Assembly: GCA_043228905.1 (NCBI GenBank)
Contig: JBHGNT010000013.1
Location: 4,216,001 to 4,280,000, forward strand
Reading direction: 5' to 3'
Source of the DNA: Azolla caroliniana
Taxonomy: Eukaryota > Plantae > Polypodiophyta
Length of the DNA stretch: 64,000 bases
Position numbers and translations under genes: made by a program. Positions within the stretch are counted from its first letter, which is position 1. The number at the start of each line of letters is the position of its first letter. Shown here one piece after another: positions 25,054 to 38,612 of the stretch. Below the pieces are notes generated by a model that was given only the letters and a program-made list of their open reading frames with translations, did no database searches and was not told the origin of the DNA.

Positions 25054-28000
25054 TGTTGGCCGGTCAGAAGAGCAAGGACAAGTGGGAAGGCGGAGTCGGA
25101 TCGGATAATAGGAAGTAAATAATAGTAGAATTATTATTCGGAGGGACGGATGCGGACCGATTTGGATGTCGGTTGCCTAAGCGCACCGATTGTAACCTTG
25201 CCGGATGCCTATAAAAGGATCCGATGATTTGTAAAGGGTTTGACAGAAGTAATACAATAGTAATTATTGCGTGTTTATCTGTATCTTCGTATTGTTTACC
25301 GTTTGTGCTTAATTGTAATCATCTTACGCGTGTAACCTAGCATCCAATCCTTACCACCCCTTTGGAGAAGTGTCGGATAGACACCTGTGTTGAGGCTAGT
25401 ACGACCAGGCATACAACACTATTTTGGCGACCACGATTCCTGCAAAGTGCAGAGGACAACCGGGGGATGGATGTCTAGACCAAACGACGACCACATCACC
25501 GAACGAGGGAGACGATACACCGAACGCGAGCAATGACGAGAAGCCCTGCAGCAAGCCGTCGACGAGATCCGGCGGGATCGGTCATTCTCCAAAACTCTTC
25601 GGAGAGTCGCAGAAGAAGCACTGCAGTTCCGGGTTTTGCAAATCCCCAACGAAGGCAATAGCATAACAAGCCTGCAAGAGGCGGAAACGATACTACAGAC
25701 GCTCGCCGGGGGCGACGGGGATTCGGAAGCATTCGCAACACTTGAGGCGGAGTCGGAAAGCGACGGAAGCGTTGCGTCCCGGTATAAAAGCAGCCACGAC
25801 ACACCAAACAACCCGGGGGAAGAGGGGTCGGAAGACTCAGTAACACCGGAGCCAGAGGAAGAAATAACCTTGGAGTTCGGTGACCGGCAATCGCCAAGGG
25901 AGGCTGACCGGATACCGACAACACCCGCGAAGGAACCGAAGGAGCAGATACCGACAACACCCGCGAAGGAACCGAAGGAGCGGATACCGACAAAACCCGC
26001 GGAGGAACCAAAGGACCGGACACCGGCAACACCCGCGGAGGAACTGAAGGAGCGGATACCGGCACCAACCGTGGAGGAACCAAAGGTTCTCACACCGACG
26101 CCAACAGCGGACAGAAAGCAAGAGAGTCAGTTGGACGACACGATGCCGTACCCATACCCAAAGTACCGAGATGAGCCCGACGCGGAGGCACACGTGTACG
26201 CATTCCTCCAAACATGGGAAGCCAACCATGTCTCCCAAAGACTGACGGAGCCCGAAGCCGAACGATCCAAAGTCGCCGAATTCGGCATAACCTTAGAAGG
26301 ACCGGCGGCCCGATGGCACGCAAAGCACTTACCGGGCAGCTTTGCCACATTCGATGCCTTGAAGGCCAGATTCCTCAGGCTTTTTCACAGACAAGTTGAG
26401 CAAAGGGAATTGGTCGGGCAGTTCTACACCACCCGGCAGGAAGAGAACGAGACTGTGCCACAATTCATCATTCGGTTTCAGACCCTGCACAGCCAATTGA
26501 CAAGAGCACCACCCGAAGACGAAGCCAAAGCAGTCTCTTTGGCCGCGCTGAAAGAGCCACTTCGAACAATGTGCGGAGTCCTTGATTTCCAAACCAGCAC
26601 AATGGACCAAGTTATTGATCGGGTTTTAGAAATGGACAAGACTAGCCCTTTCTTGTCGATGGGGATGTTACACCGGGCACTCCCGAAGGAGGAAGACCTG
26701 AGGTTCCGACAGGCCTTACAATGCACAACTTGCCTAAATTCAGGGCACTCAACAGTAGACTGCACCCTGCGGACACAATGTATGATCTGCAACTCTCGAG
26801 CCCATACAACGGACCGATGCGAATATAACCTGTTAAATCGGCAGGCAGCACCGGTTCGACACATAGAACCGCGCAATCAGAACCCGGACGAGGATCGATT
26901 CCGGAGAGACGACCGCTACCAACGCGAACGCGGTAACAGATACGCTGATAGAAGACGCGATAACTATGACCGAGAGGAGAGACGCAGAGATAGCTACCCC
27001 CGGGACCGGTACGACCGAGACGAATCCCCGGAATACGAACGACGCAGAGAAGAGAGGCGACAAGGGAACCGAAATTTCCGACGGAATCAGAAGCGGGGAT
27101 TTTTCTGAAGAGAGGAACGTCAGGAGGCAGCGAGGAATGACAACCCGGTATCGGTACCGGATAACCGAAAAACCGAAGACGACCGCCGAAGCATACCCAC
27201 CCTCCAAACCGGGGACAAAGGAGAAACGAGCAACAGTCACAAGGTGTACTGTTATTACTGCCGTAAGGAAGGCCACTATAGTAACCAATGCCCAAGCAAA
27301 ACCAATGACAAGCAGCCGGAAGTCAACATGGTTACAACCGAAATAACAGAAGTACAGCAGGTCACAACCCGGTCAAAGGGAAAGACCGCCGAGTGGGAAG
27401 CCCAGGAGGCAATCAGAAAACAAGCGGTGCAATGGATCAAGGAGGCTAATGAACAGAATGCGGCAGAAGTAAGAGACCAAAATATGCCAAAAGACGAAGA
27501 AATCATACAGCCAGGAGAAAACCCGACATGGCAAGCGCTACAGGACTGTCAAATCGTGCTGCCGTTAGCACGGCTACTACAGTTGGTGCCACGGTTTACG
27601 GCAGACTTACAAGCAGCCGTGAGCAAACCGAAGCCGACACCAGCACCGGCATTCTTCTCCAACCCGGAGGAAGGACCAGCGGTGGTCGATACAAGTAGCC
27701 CGGCGATCACGGCAATCGTGAAAGGAAAGGAAATTGCTGGAACGATTATTGATGGAGGCTCCGGGGTAAATGTCATCAGCCGACAGACATGCGATAACCT
27801 GGGCATCCAGGGATGGGAACCATGCCCCTTCTGGTTACGCATGGCGGATACCAGCTCAGTCCGACCGACCGGACTTATCCGGGATTTGGAAGTAACGATC
27901 AGAGGCCACGTATTCCGGATATCGGTTGTGGTGCTGCAGCTGAATGTACAAGGCGCGTACCCCCTACTGCTAGGACGACCATGGTTGCGAACGGCGCATA

Positions 28001-28150
28001 TCAAGCAGAACTGGCAAAAGAACATGACCACATTCCGGCGAGGGAAAACAAAGGTACGAGTAACGACGCAATCACGGGTGATCGCCAGTAAGGAAGCAAC
28101 TCCATTGTATGCGGAAAGCATCAACATGTTGGAGGGATTACCGGACGAGG
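25054..28150 (+). mobile_element. Non-chromoviral Ty3/gypsy 5' half: LTR 25054-25418, PBS TGGCGACCACGA at 25425, gag with three zinc knuckles plus aspartic protease, truncated before RT
   Basis: One frame from ATG 25471 with TGA stops at 25534 and 27106. Knuckles CTTCLNSGHSTVDC, CMICNSRAHTTDRC and CYYCRKEGHYSNQC. Protease IIDGGSGVNVIS...LLLGRPWL. Confidence 0.85.
25905..26085 (+). repeat. 39-bp coding minisatellite in gypsy gag (IPTTPAKEPKEQ-like 13-aa units)
   Basis: Four to five units of cggataccgacaacacccgcgaaggaaccgaaggag. Confidence 0.85.
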
Positions 28151-30312
28151 CCGAAAGGGCCACAGAGAAAGCGAGTGCTTGTAAAAAAGGACTGATTTAA
28201 ACAAGGCTGGATTAGCTGGGGGGACGCAGATATGCATCAGCAATCGCACTTCGTCGGAGGCTCGGAGAGAGCTGGGTCAGGACTGACCCTCGTAATGAAG
28301 CATAACGCCAACTGAATGGCAGCATCTGACTTGAAGTTGGAAGAAGTTTGGTATGTGGACTCCGGAGGTTCAAACCACATGACAAACCACAAAGAGTGGA
28401 TCTCCTTTCTCGAGAAGTCGGAGAAGCCGGGGTGGTCGAAACCGGAGATGACACCCCATATCCCATTGAGCACATCAGAGATGTCCCTCTGAGTCATGTT
28501 GGCCAGAAGGGAATAATGAGAAATGCATACCGACGATAACCCTAACCAAGAACTTAGTGTCGATTGGTCAGATCGTGGATCAAGGAATGTAGGTCTGATT
28601 TACTCAGCACAGATGCTTCATCGAGGAGTAAGGCCGGATCATCACGCAAGCGCGTCGGGATGGAAGAATATTCATCCTTGAAACCAATAATGTAGGCAAC
28701 GCTATGTTCGTGAAAGGAAAGAAGGTCGAGTCAGATATCAACCTGTGGCATAAGCTGATAGAACACATCAACTTCCAGAAGCTTTAGGAGATGCCCTCGG
28801 AACACGTGGTTTCCGGACTGCCGAAGTTTAGTGGCCAAAAAAGCCAAATCTGTGAAGCTTGTTAGCTCAGGAAGAAACATAGGATTCCATTCCCTAATGA
28901 GAAGAATCGGAGCTCGAATCGACACAATCTCACCCACTCGGATATGTGGGAACCGACACAAAACCTGAGCATCGGCGGGAGTTGATATTTCATCTCCTTC
29001 ATCGACTATTTAAGCTGACACACATGGATCTATTTGAGCGAGAAGAAGAGAGAAGAATCATGTAGAACGAGAAACCATAAGGAAGATTAAGTGTCAGTGA
29101 TCGGATGGCGAAAAAGAGTACTTTTCCCGCCAGTTCTCAAGTTGTCTACAGACCAAAGGAATCCAACATGAGTTCTCATGTAGATACACGCCGGAGCAGA
29201 ACGGTGTGGCTGAACGTCGGAACTGGACGTTAGTAGAAGCATGGAGGGTAATGTTGGAGAAGAAGAGAATGCCCCAGATTTATTATGCCGAAGAAATTCG
29301 AACAACCGTATATACAGAATCAGATATCTGCCTCAGGAACAAAGGTGTCGCCGCACGAATTGTACTTCGAGTGGAAGCCAAACTTGGTGCACCTTGGGTA
29401 TTCAGTAGCATTGCATATGTGCATGTGCCAGATGAGAAGTGAAAGAGGCTAGATGCCAAGGCCGAGAAGTGTATCTTAGTTGGCTACTCCAACGAGCAAA
29501 AGAGGTACAACTGCTACAACCCCCGGTCAAAGCCAATTAGAGTTAGCCGCAATGTCGTTTTTGACAAATCGGCATCCTAATACTTCTCATCACTTGAACC
29601 CAAGCCCATTGTTGTGGATTAGGCAATTGATTCTGGACCTGAGGGAAGTGTTGCGGAATCTGATCAACCGAATAGTCCGACTTCCCCCCGGATCAGTGGA
29701 TCAAATCTGGACTAGTTGAGCTGGAGCGGTCAACCGGATGATGACGAGCAAGGAACCAAGGAGACAATTCAGACACAAAGAGAAGGGAAAAAAAGGAAGA
29801 TGTCGGATTATGGCATGGACAAGGACGAGTCGGATCAGAGCAAATTTGACTCCGGAAAGCAAGAAGATGGACCTCCGAAGAAGAGGTTAGAGTCGGCCAA
29901 GAGGGCCATCAAATCAGGAGTGTAGAAATTGCGTTGATTCACCGCGAGAAGCACCCCGTAGTTCAGTATGTGTATATGGTGAAGGGGTCAGCCATGCATG
30001 AGCTAGAGACCTATGCAGAAGCGGCCAAGGATCCAAATTGGCAGAAGGCCATGGACGAAGAGATGCACACGCTCATGGTGAATGAGACGTGGAACTTGAG
30101 ATGCACACGCTCATGGTGAATGAGACGTGGAACTTGGTCGATATACCAAAAGAGGTGAAACCAATCAGGTGTCGATGAGTGTATAAAGTCAAATACAACG
30201 TCGATGGCTCCATTAATCGGTACAAGGCCCGACTGGTGGCAGAGGGCTATGTATGGTAGCATGACGTCGACTACAATGAGACATTCGCATCGGCTACGAA
30301 GATGACAATTGT
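28151..30312 (+). mobile_element. Family-B copia copy 2 (zinc knuckle to RT start), degenerate
   Basis: Colinear with 17150-18890 (VWYVDSGGSNHMT, AERRNWTLVE), then WQKAMDEEM...YKARLVA. Contains a 38-bp duplication near 30060-30135. Confidence 0.85.
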
Positions 30313-32236
30313 TGTTACCGGCCGGCAAAGGAGTCCAGAGTGGGAAACAGAGAGTTATTTAAGTAGTAGGAATGTGGTTGTAATTAAGCTATGAGTGTGG
30401 ATGGACGGACCGGAATCGCTATGCCGTTCCGGATCCGGACCGATCCCGAACAGGTGCGGATGGCACCGTTTTGTAATACAGACCGGAAACCTATTTAAAG
30501 GCCCGGATACAATGTAATGAATAGCGGTTAATTAATGAAGCTTAGTGTTGTTATCTTTCTGTGTTAATTGCCGTTTTGCCTTAATTGTTATATCTTACGC
30601 GTGTGATTATGAAAGACGATCATGTTAAGTAACTTAATTAAGTCGGATTAAGCGTTGAGTCTAATCCGGTTGCCGTAACACCCTTTGGTGAAGTGTCTTC
30701 CGTAGACACCCTGTGTTAGGCCATTGTCCAGCCCTAAGAGTTAACACAGTTTTTGGCGACCACGATTCCTGTTTTTCAGCGAACGACGGCACGGATGGAT
30801 GTCTCGATCAACGCACGACCTGGTTATAGATCGAACTCGACGCCTTGCCGAAAGGCAAAGGAGATGTGAGGCTTTCCAGCAAGCGGCGCAGGAAATTAGA
30901 GCGGATCGCTCGTTTTCCAATGTAATCCGGAGAGTAGCGGAGGACTCCCTCTGGTTACAGCAAACATCGCACCCGGACGACGGCAGCAGCCTAAGCAGCC
31001 TCCGGGAAACCGAATCCCTTCTCCACGCGTTGGCAAACGGAGAAGGCGAAGCGGAAGCCTTTTCAGCATATGAATTGGACTCCGACGGGGAATAAAGCGT
31101 GCACACAAACTACCGTAGCAGCAACGAAACCCCGAGCGGACCAGAGGACGAAGGATCGGATACCTTACCGACACCGGAACCAGAAGTGCTAACGTTGGAA
31201 CCCCCGGAACCAGCAGAGGAAGAGTGACCTCCGACACCAGAAGTCGAAGAGGAGAGGCCTCCGTCACCAAAAGAAGAGGAAAAACCACCGACGCCGGAAA
31301 CAAATCGGGAAAGACCACCGATGCCGGAGAAAATTCCGGAACGAGCACCAACACTGCCAGCCTGCGCACCGATACCGGACGACGACATGCCGTTCCAGTA
31401 CTCCAAGTATAGAGATGATCCGGACGCGGAAGCTCATGTGCACGCCTTTGAACATACATGGGAAGCCAACCATGTGTCCCAGCGATTGACCCCGAATGAA
31501 GAAGAACGCTCTAAGATAGCGGAATTTGGCGTCACATTGGAGGGACCGGCGGCAAGATGGCGTCGGATGCAGGACCGGTCTACCATCAACACCTTTGCAG
31601 ATTTAAAAGCTAAATTCTTGCATTTTTTCCAAAAAGAGGTGGACCAGACCGTAATGGTAGGCTTATTTTATACCATCCGACAAGAGGCAGGGGAGAGCAT
31701 TCCCCAATTTGTCATCCGGTTTCAACAGATGCATAGTCAGCTTGCCCGCGCACCCCCGGAGGAGGAATTACGGACTATATTCCTAAACGCGCTCCGGGAA
31801 CCCCTATGCACGGTTTGCACGGTAATTGACTTCCACACAAGTACCATCGACCAGGTCATTGACCGGGTGAGAGAGATGGAAAAGACAAGCTCCTGGCTCA
31901 CACTGGGAGCACTCCAACGGGCGTTACCATCCGATGAAGACCTCCGGTTTCGGCAAGCAATACAGTGCACAACCTGCTTGAATTCCGGACACTCGGCTGT
32001 AGAATGCACTATGAGGACGCAATGTGTAATCTGTCAATCCAAGGGCCATACGACGGATAGGTGTGAGTATAATCTATTGAACCGGCAAGCACCGCCCGCC
32101 CGTCCGACAAATTGAGCCACGCAGCAGCCAGGATGAAGAAGAGGAACGCTGGCGGCGAATGGACCGCGACCAACTGGCACAGGATGTCCGGTACGACGAT
32201 CGACGGGACACTGATGTCTGGTACGGTGATCGGCGG
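30313..32236 (+). mobile_element. Second copy of the non-chromoviral gypsy family: LTR 30313-30746, PBS 30754, gag only
   Basis: Same TGGCGACCACGATTCCTG PBS. Gag paralogous to 25471 (WEANHVSQRL, QCTTCLNSGHS, RCEYNLLNRQA). Confidence 0.85.
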
Positions 32237-34804
32237 GATTGGCATGCCGCTATGGAGGAAGAAATGCGGGCACTTGATGCCAACGACACATGGGACCTAG
32301 TTGACCCTCCCCGACACTATAGACCGATCAGATGTAAGTGGGTGTACAAGGTAAAGTACAATGCCAACGGTTTGGTTAACCGGTACAAGGCCCGGTTAGT
32401 GGCGAAGGGATATGCGCAGTCCCACGGAATCGACTACGACGAGACCTTTGCTCTGGTAGCAAAGATGACGACGGTTCGTGTGGTGGTGGCAGTTGCTGCG
32501 GCAAGGGGGTGGCATCTTTACTAGATGGACGTGAAGAATGCATTTCTTCAAGACGATCTTGAAGAAGAGGTCTTTATGACCCAACTCCCCGGTTTCCAAT
32601 CGGAGATGAACAAGTCGGCAGTATGCCGGCTGAGGAAGTCACTTTATGGCCTGAAGCAAGCCCCCCGAGCTTGGAATGCGAAGATCACGCATCGGTTGCG
32701 TAATATGGGGTTTGCGGCCTCAAGACCGACTCTTCGTTGTTCATCCGGCAAGGTCCGGACGGTCCGGTTTGCATCTTGTTGTATGTTGATGATCTAGTCA
32801 TCACCAGACCCGGACTCGATAAAATCAGCTGAGTCAAGTCCCAGTTGTCGGGCATTTGAGATGAAGGACTTGGGGGACCTTCACTATTTCCTTGGGATCG
32901 AGGTGATCCGAACCCCCGACGGCATATTTCTCTCACAAAGACACTATGTGTTGAATATGTTGCATAAGTTCGGCATGACGGAATGTCGACCGATCTCCAC
33001 ACCCCTGGACCAGAACCAGAAGCTCTGTCCCGACTCCGGACCGGCTTGCGATGAGAAGCAGTTCCGACAAATCGTTAGAAGCCTTATATATTTGACAATC
33101 ACCCGACCCGACATCAGTTATTCGGTCTTCGTGATCAGCCAATATATGCAAAAGCCGACCGTGGAGCACCTTCTGTGCGCGCATCGAATTTTGCGATATG
33201 TGAGCGGCACGAAGGACCGAGGACTGTTATATTAGCATGGTATAACCGAAGAGCTAGTCGGCTACACTGATGCCGATTGGGCCGGGGACGCATCGGATCG
33301 CCGATCCACCTCCGGCTATATGTTTTCCCTTGGTAGCGCAGTTGTTGCGTGGAGCAGCAAAAAGCAGCCAACAATGGCCCTTTCAAGCACTGAGGCTAAA
33401 TACGGGAGCGCTACCATTGCCACCTATGAAGCCATTTGGCTTCGGCGACTATTGCAAGACCTGTGGATCGAGGTGCCGACCCCGATCCTGATCTACTATG
33501 ACAACATAAGCAGCATGCAGCTCACCAAGAACCCCGTATTCCATGCTCGCACAAAGCACATAGAAGTGCACTACCACTTCGTGCGTGAGCGTGTCCTGAG
33601 CGGTGAAGTCAAACTTCGGTATGTTCATACGGATCGGCAAGTTGCCGACATCTTCACCAAACCGCTCATATCGAACAAGTTGCAGCACTTCACCGAAATG
33701 CTTGGTGTTCAACATCTCGACGTGCCACACTTGAGGGGGAGAACGGGCAAAGACACTGGAACAGGCAAAGGCAAAGAAACTGCCGATTGCGTCGGTGAGG
33801 GAAGAACCGACAAAGGGAGAGACAAGAAGAAGAAAGGAGTTGAGTCGACAAAGGAAGTTGACACATCCGAACAAGTCGGAACAAGCAGCAACGGCGGCAA
33901 AGTCAAGAAGGACAGAGCTAACCGGAAGAAGAAGGCCAAAACCCAGACATGGTCCAATGTGGTGAAGGGCCTGGAACCGGAAGACAAACTGGGAGCGACC
34001 AATTCAGACAAGAGCTGGAACGAATCAGAGACAGCCAATTTGGTTCAACAGACGGATTCGGAAGAACCGAATCAATTCAAGGCCAAGAGGACGAGAAGGC
34101 AGCGAAAGTCGATGCCAACACGAAGGAATCGGTGAATCGGCAAGCGTCGGAGTCACAATAGTGAGGGAGCTGAATTGGGCATGTTCAGCAAACAAGCCGA
34201 CCGAGGAGGTCGAGGTGCGCAGAATCAGAAGGGTCGTGGCAAACAGGACCGGACCGAACGAGGAGCGCGAGCGAGGCAGAGTGATGCCAAAAGGAGCCGG
34301 GAAGAAGGACCGGTTGCCATGAAGACTGACACTATGATCCGACCTCAAGTTGAGCTTGAGGGGCAGTGTTGAGCGGCAAGCTCAACCGGATCCGGATAAG
34401 CTGAATAAGCCTGAGCCGGATCGGCATCCGGAAGGATGAGCCAGATCGGTGAGCTGGTGAGCAAGCGAGTCGGTGAGTTGGGGAACCGGTTAGCCGGATC
34501 AAGCAGTAATCGGAAGCCTAGTAGCAGCCTAGATTACTAGGTAGTTAATGTCTCGTAGTTAGTGTCAGACGCTCGTGTGAGCATTGAAGTACATTGTACT
34601 TCTGTCAGTCCTCTTAGGGCTTGTATAAATAGTGTTGTTGAGCACGTTGTATGTACAAAGAATTTTACAGAGTTGTTGATAATAGATTTAAGTTTTTCTA
34701 CTCCTCTGTCTCTCCTGTGTACCTTCTGTGTGTTGATCTCTCTCTCTCTGTGTTGCTATCCGGCTAAGACGGTTGCCTAACGCTTTTGCACCTACATTTT
34801 TACA
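32237..34804 (+). mobile_element. Family-B copia copy 3: RT-RNase H with a C-terminal extension, PPT, 3' LTR about 34367-34804
   Basis: Motifs: [74 protein letters not shown] start matches 15770-15800. Confidence 0.88.
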
Positions 34805-36627
34805 TGAAGCTTATGTAGTACAAGGTTCGACCGACCAACCGAACAGTCGAGGAAGAAGTTACTCCCGACAGTCGAACAATCAGCGATGTCAGAGCAAGTC
34901 TCGAGACAATCGAATATGCAACTATTGCAAGAAACCCGGGCACATCAAAGCCGATTTTCGTGCACTCAAAGCTAAGAACGATAAAGCTTGGTGAGCTTAT
35001 CAAAAGAGTGGCCAGCATGAAGACGTCAATTACGTCGGCTCTTGAGCCGAAGTATTGTTGAACGACCTGAACATACTATCCACTGGAAACCCAGTAGAAT
35101 CAAAAGTTTTGCTTACGATTGAGATATCGAGCACATGGCTCTTGGATTCAGGTGCATCCTACCATGTGAACCCTCATAGATCCCAATTTCGGCAATATTT
35201 AGCCCGACACTCCAACTCAGTATGAATCGGAAATTTGCAGCATTGCACTATTATCGGAATTGGCACTGTAGAACTCAATCTCCCATGTGGTTCTACATTA
35301 GCATTACACAATATCCGACATGTACCTAAGCTCTCAAGACCTTTGATCTCAGTCGGACAATTGGACGAAGACGGCATTCATGTCGGCTTCTCATCAGGAG
35401 GGTGGACACTCCACAAGGGGGAATCTCCTGCTTGCTCGAGGATCGAAAGTACATTCTTCGTACCCGTTATATGTCACAGTCAAAGAGGGTGACTTGTTTC
35501 TGGTTGATATTCCCATGCCATCACTATGGCATGGACGACTCAGACACCTCAGCAAGGCCGACATCACGTATTTATCTAGAGTCGGATACATCCCCAAACT
35601 CTCATTCTCCGATCATCAATTCTATGAGCATTGCTAGTATGGCAAACAAATAGTTGTATCACACCCGACAAACGCACTGAGACATTTGAGTCCACTCAAT
35701 TTGGTCCACTCGGACGTCTGTGGCCCCATGCCACATCAATCTCTCAGCGGTGCCTTGTACTTCGTTAATTTTATCGATGACTAGACTCGAAATATGTGGG
35801 CTTATCCAATCAAAACCAAAGAGCGGGTGTTCTCGGTCTTTTCCGAATGATTCACTATGGTAGAAAGTTGAAATGCCTTCGGACCGATAATGGGGGAGAG
35901 TTCAAGTCTGAAGAATTCGTCAAATTTTGCCAACAGCGCGACATTCGACATGAATACACGACACCCTATAGTCCAGAGCAGAACGGAATTGTAGAGTGCA
36001 TGAATCGGACAATTCAAGAACGGATAGTATCCATGCTCCAACACTTTGGACTGTCGAATGGCTTATGGGCAGAGGCCCTACTTACGGTAGTACACATAAT
36101 TAACATGTCGCCGAGTAGGCCTCTAGGACTTCAAGTACCTCAGGAATTATGGACCGGTAGGAAGCCGAATTATGACAAGTTGAGGATTTTCGAATGTGAG
36201 GCATACGCCCTCATACCAAAAGAAGACTGCCACAAATTAGAACCGAGGTCCAAGAAATGTATTTTCCTTGGCTATGGACTAGACGGTGAGATCGGATACT
36301 GACTCTGTGACCCCGAGCACAGGCAGATCGTTCGAAGTTCAGATGTAGTGTTCAATGAGTCGGCTATGCACAAGACGGCCGACTGACTTATTGAAGTCTG
36401 AAGGGTAACCTTTTCAGATGTGCTAGCCCTTCACGAAGGCCCAACCCATAACACGAGGTCGGCTTCACGAGTAACTAAATCCTCTTGAACCGACTCGATA
36501 ATGCTTGACTCAACACAACCGAATGATTCGGCTTTGGACCATCCAACTCTGACACCTGATGCGACTAGTCCAGTCATACCTCAAAGATCCAAGAGACTAT
36601 CGCAACCCCCAAAGAGGTACTCTCCTA

Positions 36628-37333
36628 GAGTCTTATTCACCGACGCTGGAGAATTGACGTCATACGAAGAAGCATTGGCATCAGCTGATTCAGCCACATG
36701 GCATCTGGCAATGGAGTCGGAAATGAACTCCATTAGGGCCAACAAGACTTGGGACTTGGTTGAACTACCGAAAAATCGACCTGCAAGTGGGTCTACAGAT
36801 GAAAAGAGACGTTTGATTCGGCCACCCCAAAATTCAAGGCCAAACTAGTAGCAAAGGTTTTCCGACATGAATATGGCTTCAACTTCGATGAAATATTTTC
36901 ACCAGCGGTGAAAATGACCAGTGGCAACTGAGGACTTGGGGCTGATCCATCTAGATGTAAAAACAACCTTCCTCCATGGTGAGTCTTCTTCACCGACGCT
37001 GGAGAATTGACGTCATACGAAGAAGCATTGGCATCAGCTGATTCAGCCACATGGCATCTGGCAATGGAGTCGGAAATGAACTCCATTAGGGCCAACAAGA
37101 CTTGGGACTTGGTTGAACTACCGAAAAATCGATCAGCAAGTGGGTCTACAGATGAAAAGAGACGTTTGATTCGACCACCCCAAAATTCAAGGCCAAACTA
37201 GTAGCAAAGGTTTTCCGACATGAATATGGCTTCAACTTCGATGAAATCTTTTCACCAACGGTGAAAATGACCAGTGGCAACCGAGGACTTGGGGTTGATC
37301 CATCTAGATGTAAAAACAACCTTCCTCCATGGT
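36628..37333. repeat. 353-bp tandem duplication in family-C pol
   Basis: TSYEEALASADSATWHLAMESEMNS is repeated in ORFs 36501 and 37007. Confidence 0.92.
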
Positions 37334-37963
37334 GATGTAGAGGAGGAAATTTATATGGAGCAGTCGAAAGGCTTTGTGGAATCTGGCTAGGAATATCTAG
37401 TCTACCGACTCATTAAGAGTCTTTACGACCTAAAACAAGCACCACGGTAGTGGTATAAGAGGTTCGCCAACTTTATCTAGTTGGTCAGCTTCTCTAAGAG
37501 CGATGATGACCACTTCCTCTTCATGAAAACAGCTCAAGATGGGTCTCCCATCTTCCTCATCTTATATGTGGATGACATACTACTCTCTTGTAGGCATGCT
37601 AGAGAGCTTGCTGATCTTGTTCGGCAATTGCGGTCAAAGTTCGCAAGGAAGGACCTAGGTCCTGCTCGACACATTCTCGATATGAAGATTAGTCGGGTTT
37701 GAATTCAAGGATAATTATTCTTGTCTCAAGCCGACTACATCAAACGTGTCCTGGAGCGCTTCAACATGCAATCAGCCAAATCTGCTTCAACCCCGCTCCC
37801 CATTAATCTTCGACTGTCTCAGCAAGACTGCCCGACATCCGATCCGGAGGGGGAAGATATGAAGTCAGTACTGTATGCACCGACAGTCGACTCCTTGATG
37901 TACGCAATGGTCGTGACACGGCCTGACATTGCTCATGTCATAGGAGTTGTCAGCAGATTCATG

Positions 37964-38612
37964 TAGTAATGGGCTCGGTTCAGTTTCAGTTCGGTTTCTT
38001 GGCCTTGAAACCAAACCATTTATTTATAATAAAAACCAAACCAAACTGTTTACGGAAATTTTAGAACCAAACCAAACCGGTTTATCATAAATCAAAACCG
38101 AACCAAATCATTTTTTTGAGATATTGATTATCATACATATTACGAATTTATGTGAGAAAATTCATCATAAATTTGGTCATCATACTTATCATAAATTTAG
38201 TTATCACACTTATTATAAATTTGGTCATTATACCTTTCATAAATTTAGTCATCATACATATTATAAATTTAGTCATCATACTTATCATAAATTTGATAAT
38301 CATACTTATTAAATTCTACTTATAATGTATATAAAATTTAATAAGTTAGAGCCTAGAGGTTTAAAATTAAAAGTTGAAAGTTGGCCTAGAGTTGAAAATT
38401 TAGGAATATTTTTTAACCTATAAACCTTTAAACCAAACCACAAAAATTGAAACCACTAAAGCATGAAATTCAAAACCGAACCGAGTCGAAACCAAACTGG
38501 ATCATAACATTTGAAACCAAACCAAACAGTTTATTTAATTTTGAACCAATAAACCGTTAAGCCATTGTTTAACGGTTCGGTTCGGTTTGAGCCAAAACCG
38601 GGCCCATTGCTA
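37964..38612. mobile_element. Non-autonomous hAT-type DNA transposon (MITE), 649 bp, 8-bp TSD GATTCATG
   Basis: TSD at 37956-37963 and 38613-38620. TIRs are TAGTAATGGGCTCGGTT and AACCGGGCCCATTGCTA. Subterminal AAACCG/AAACC arrays and internal 24-bp repeats. It interrupts copia RT (VVSRFM|YNL). Confidence 0.9.

Noticed and set aside
27095-27110. GGATTTTTC before the gag stop as a -1 frameshift site
   Set aside because: The downstream knuckle/protease ORF is in the same frame, so the TGA is better explained as a nonsense mutation.
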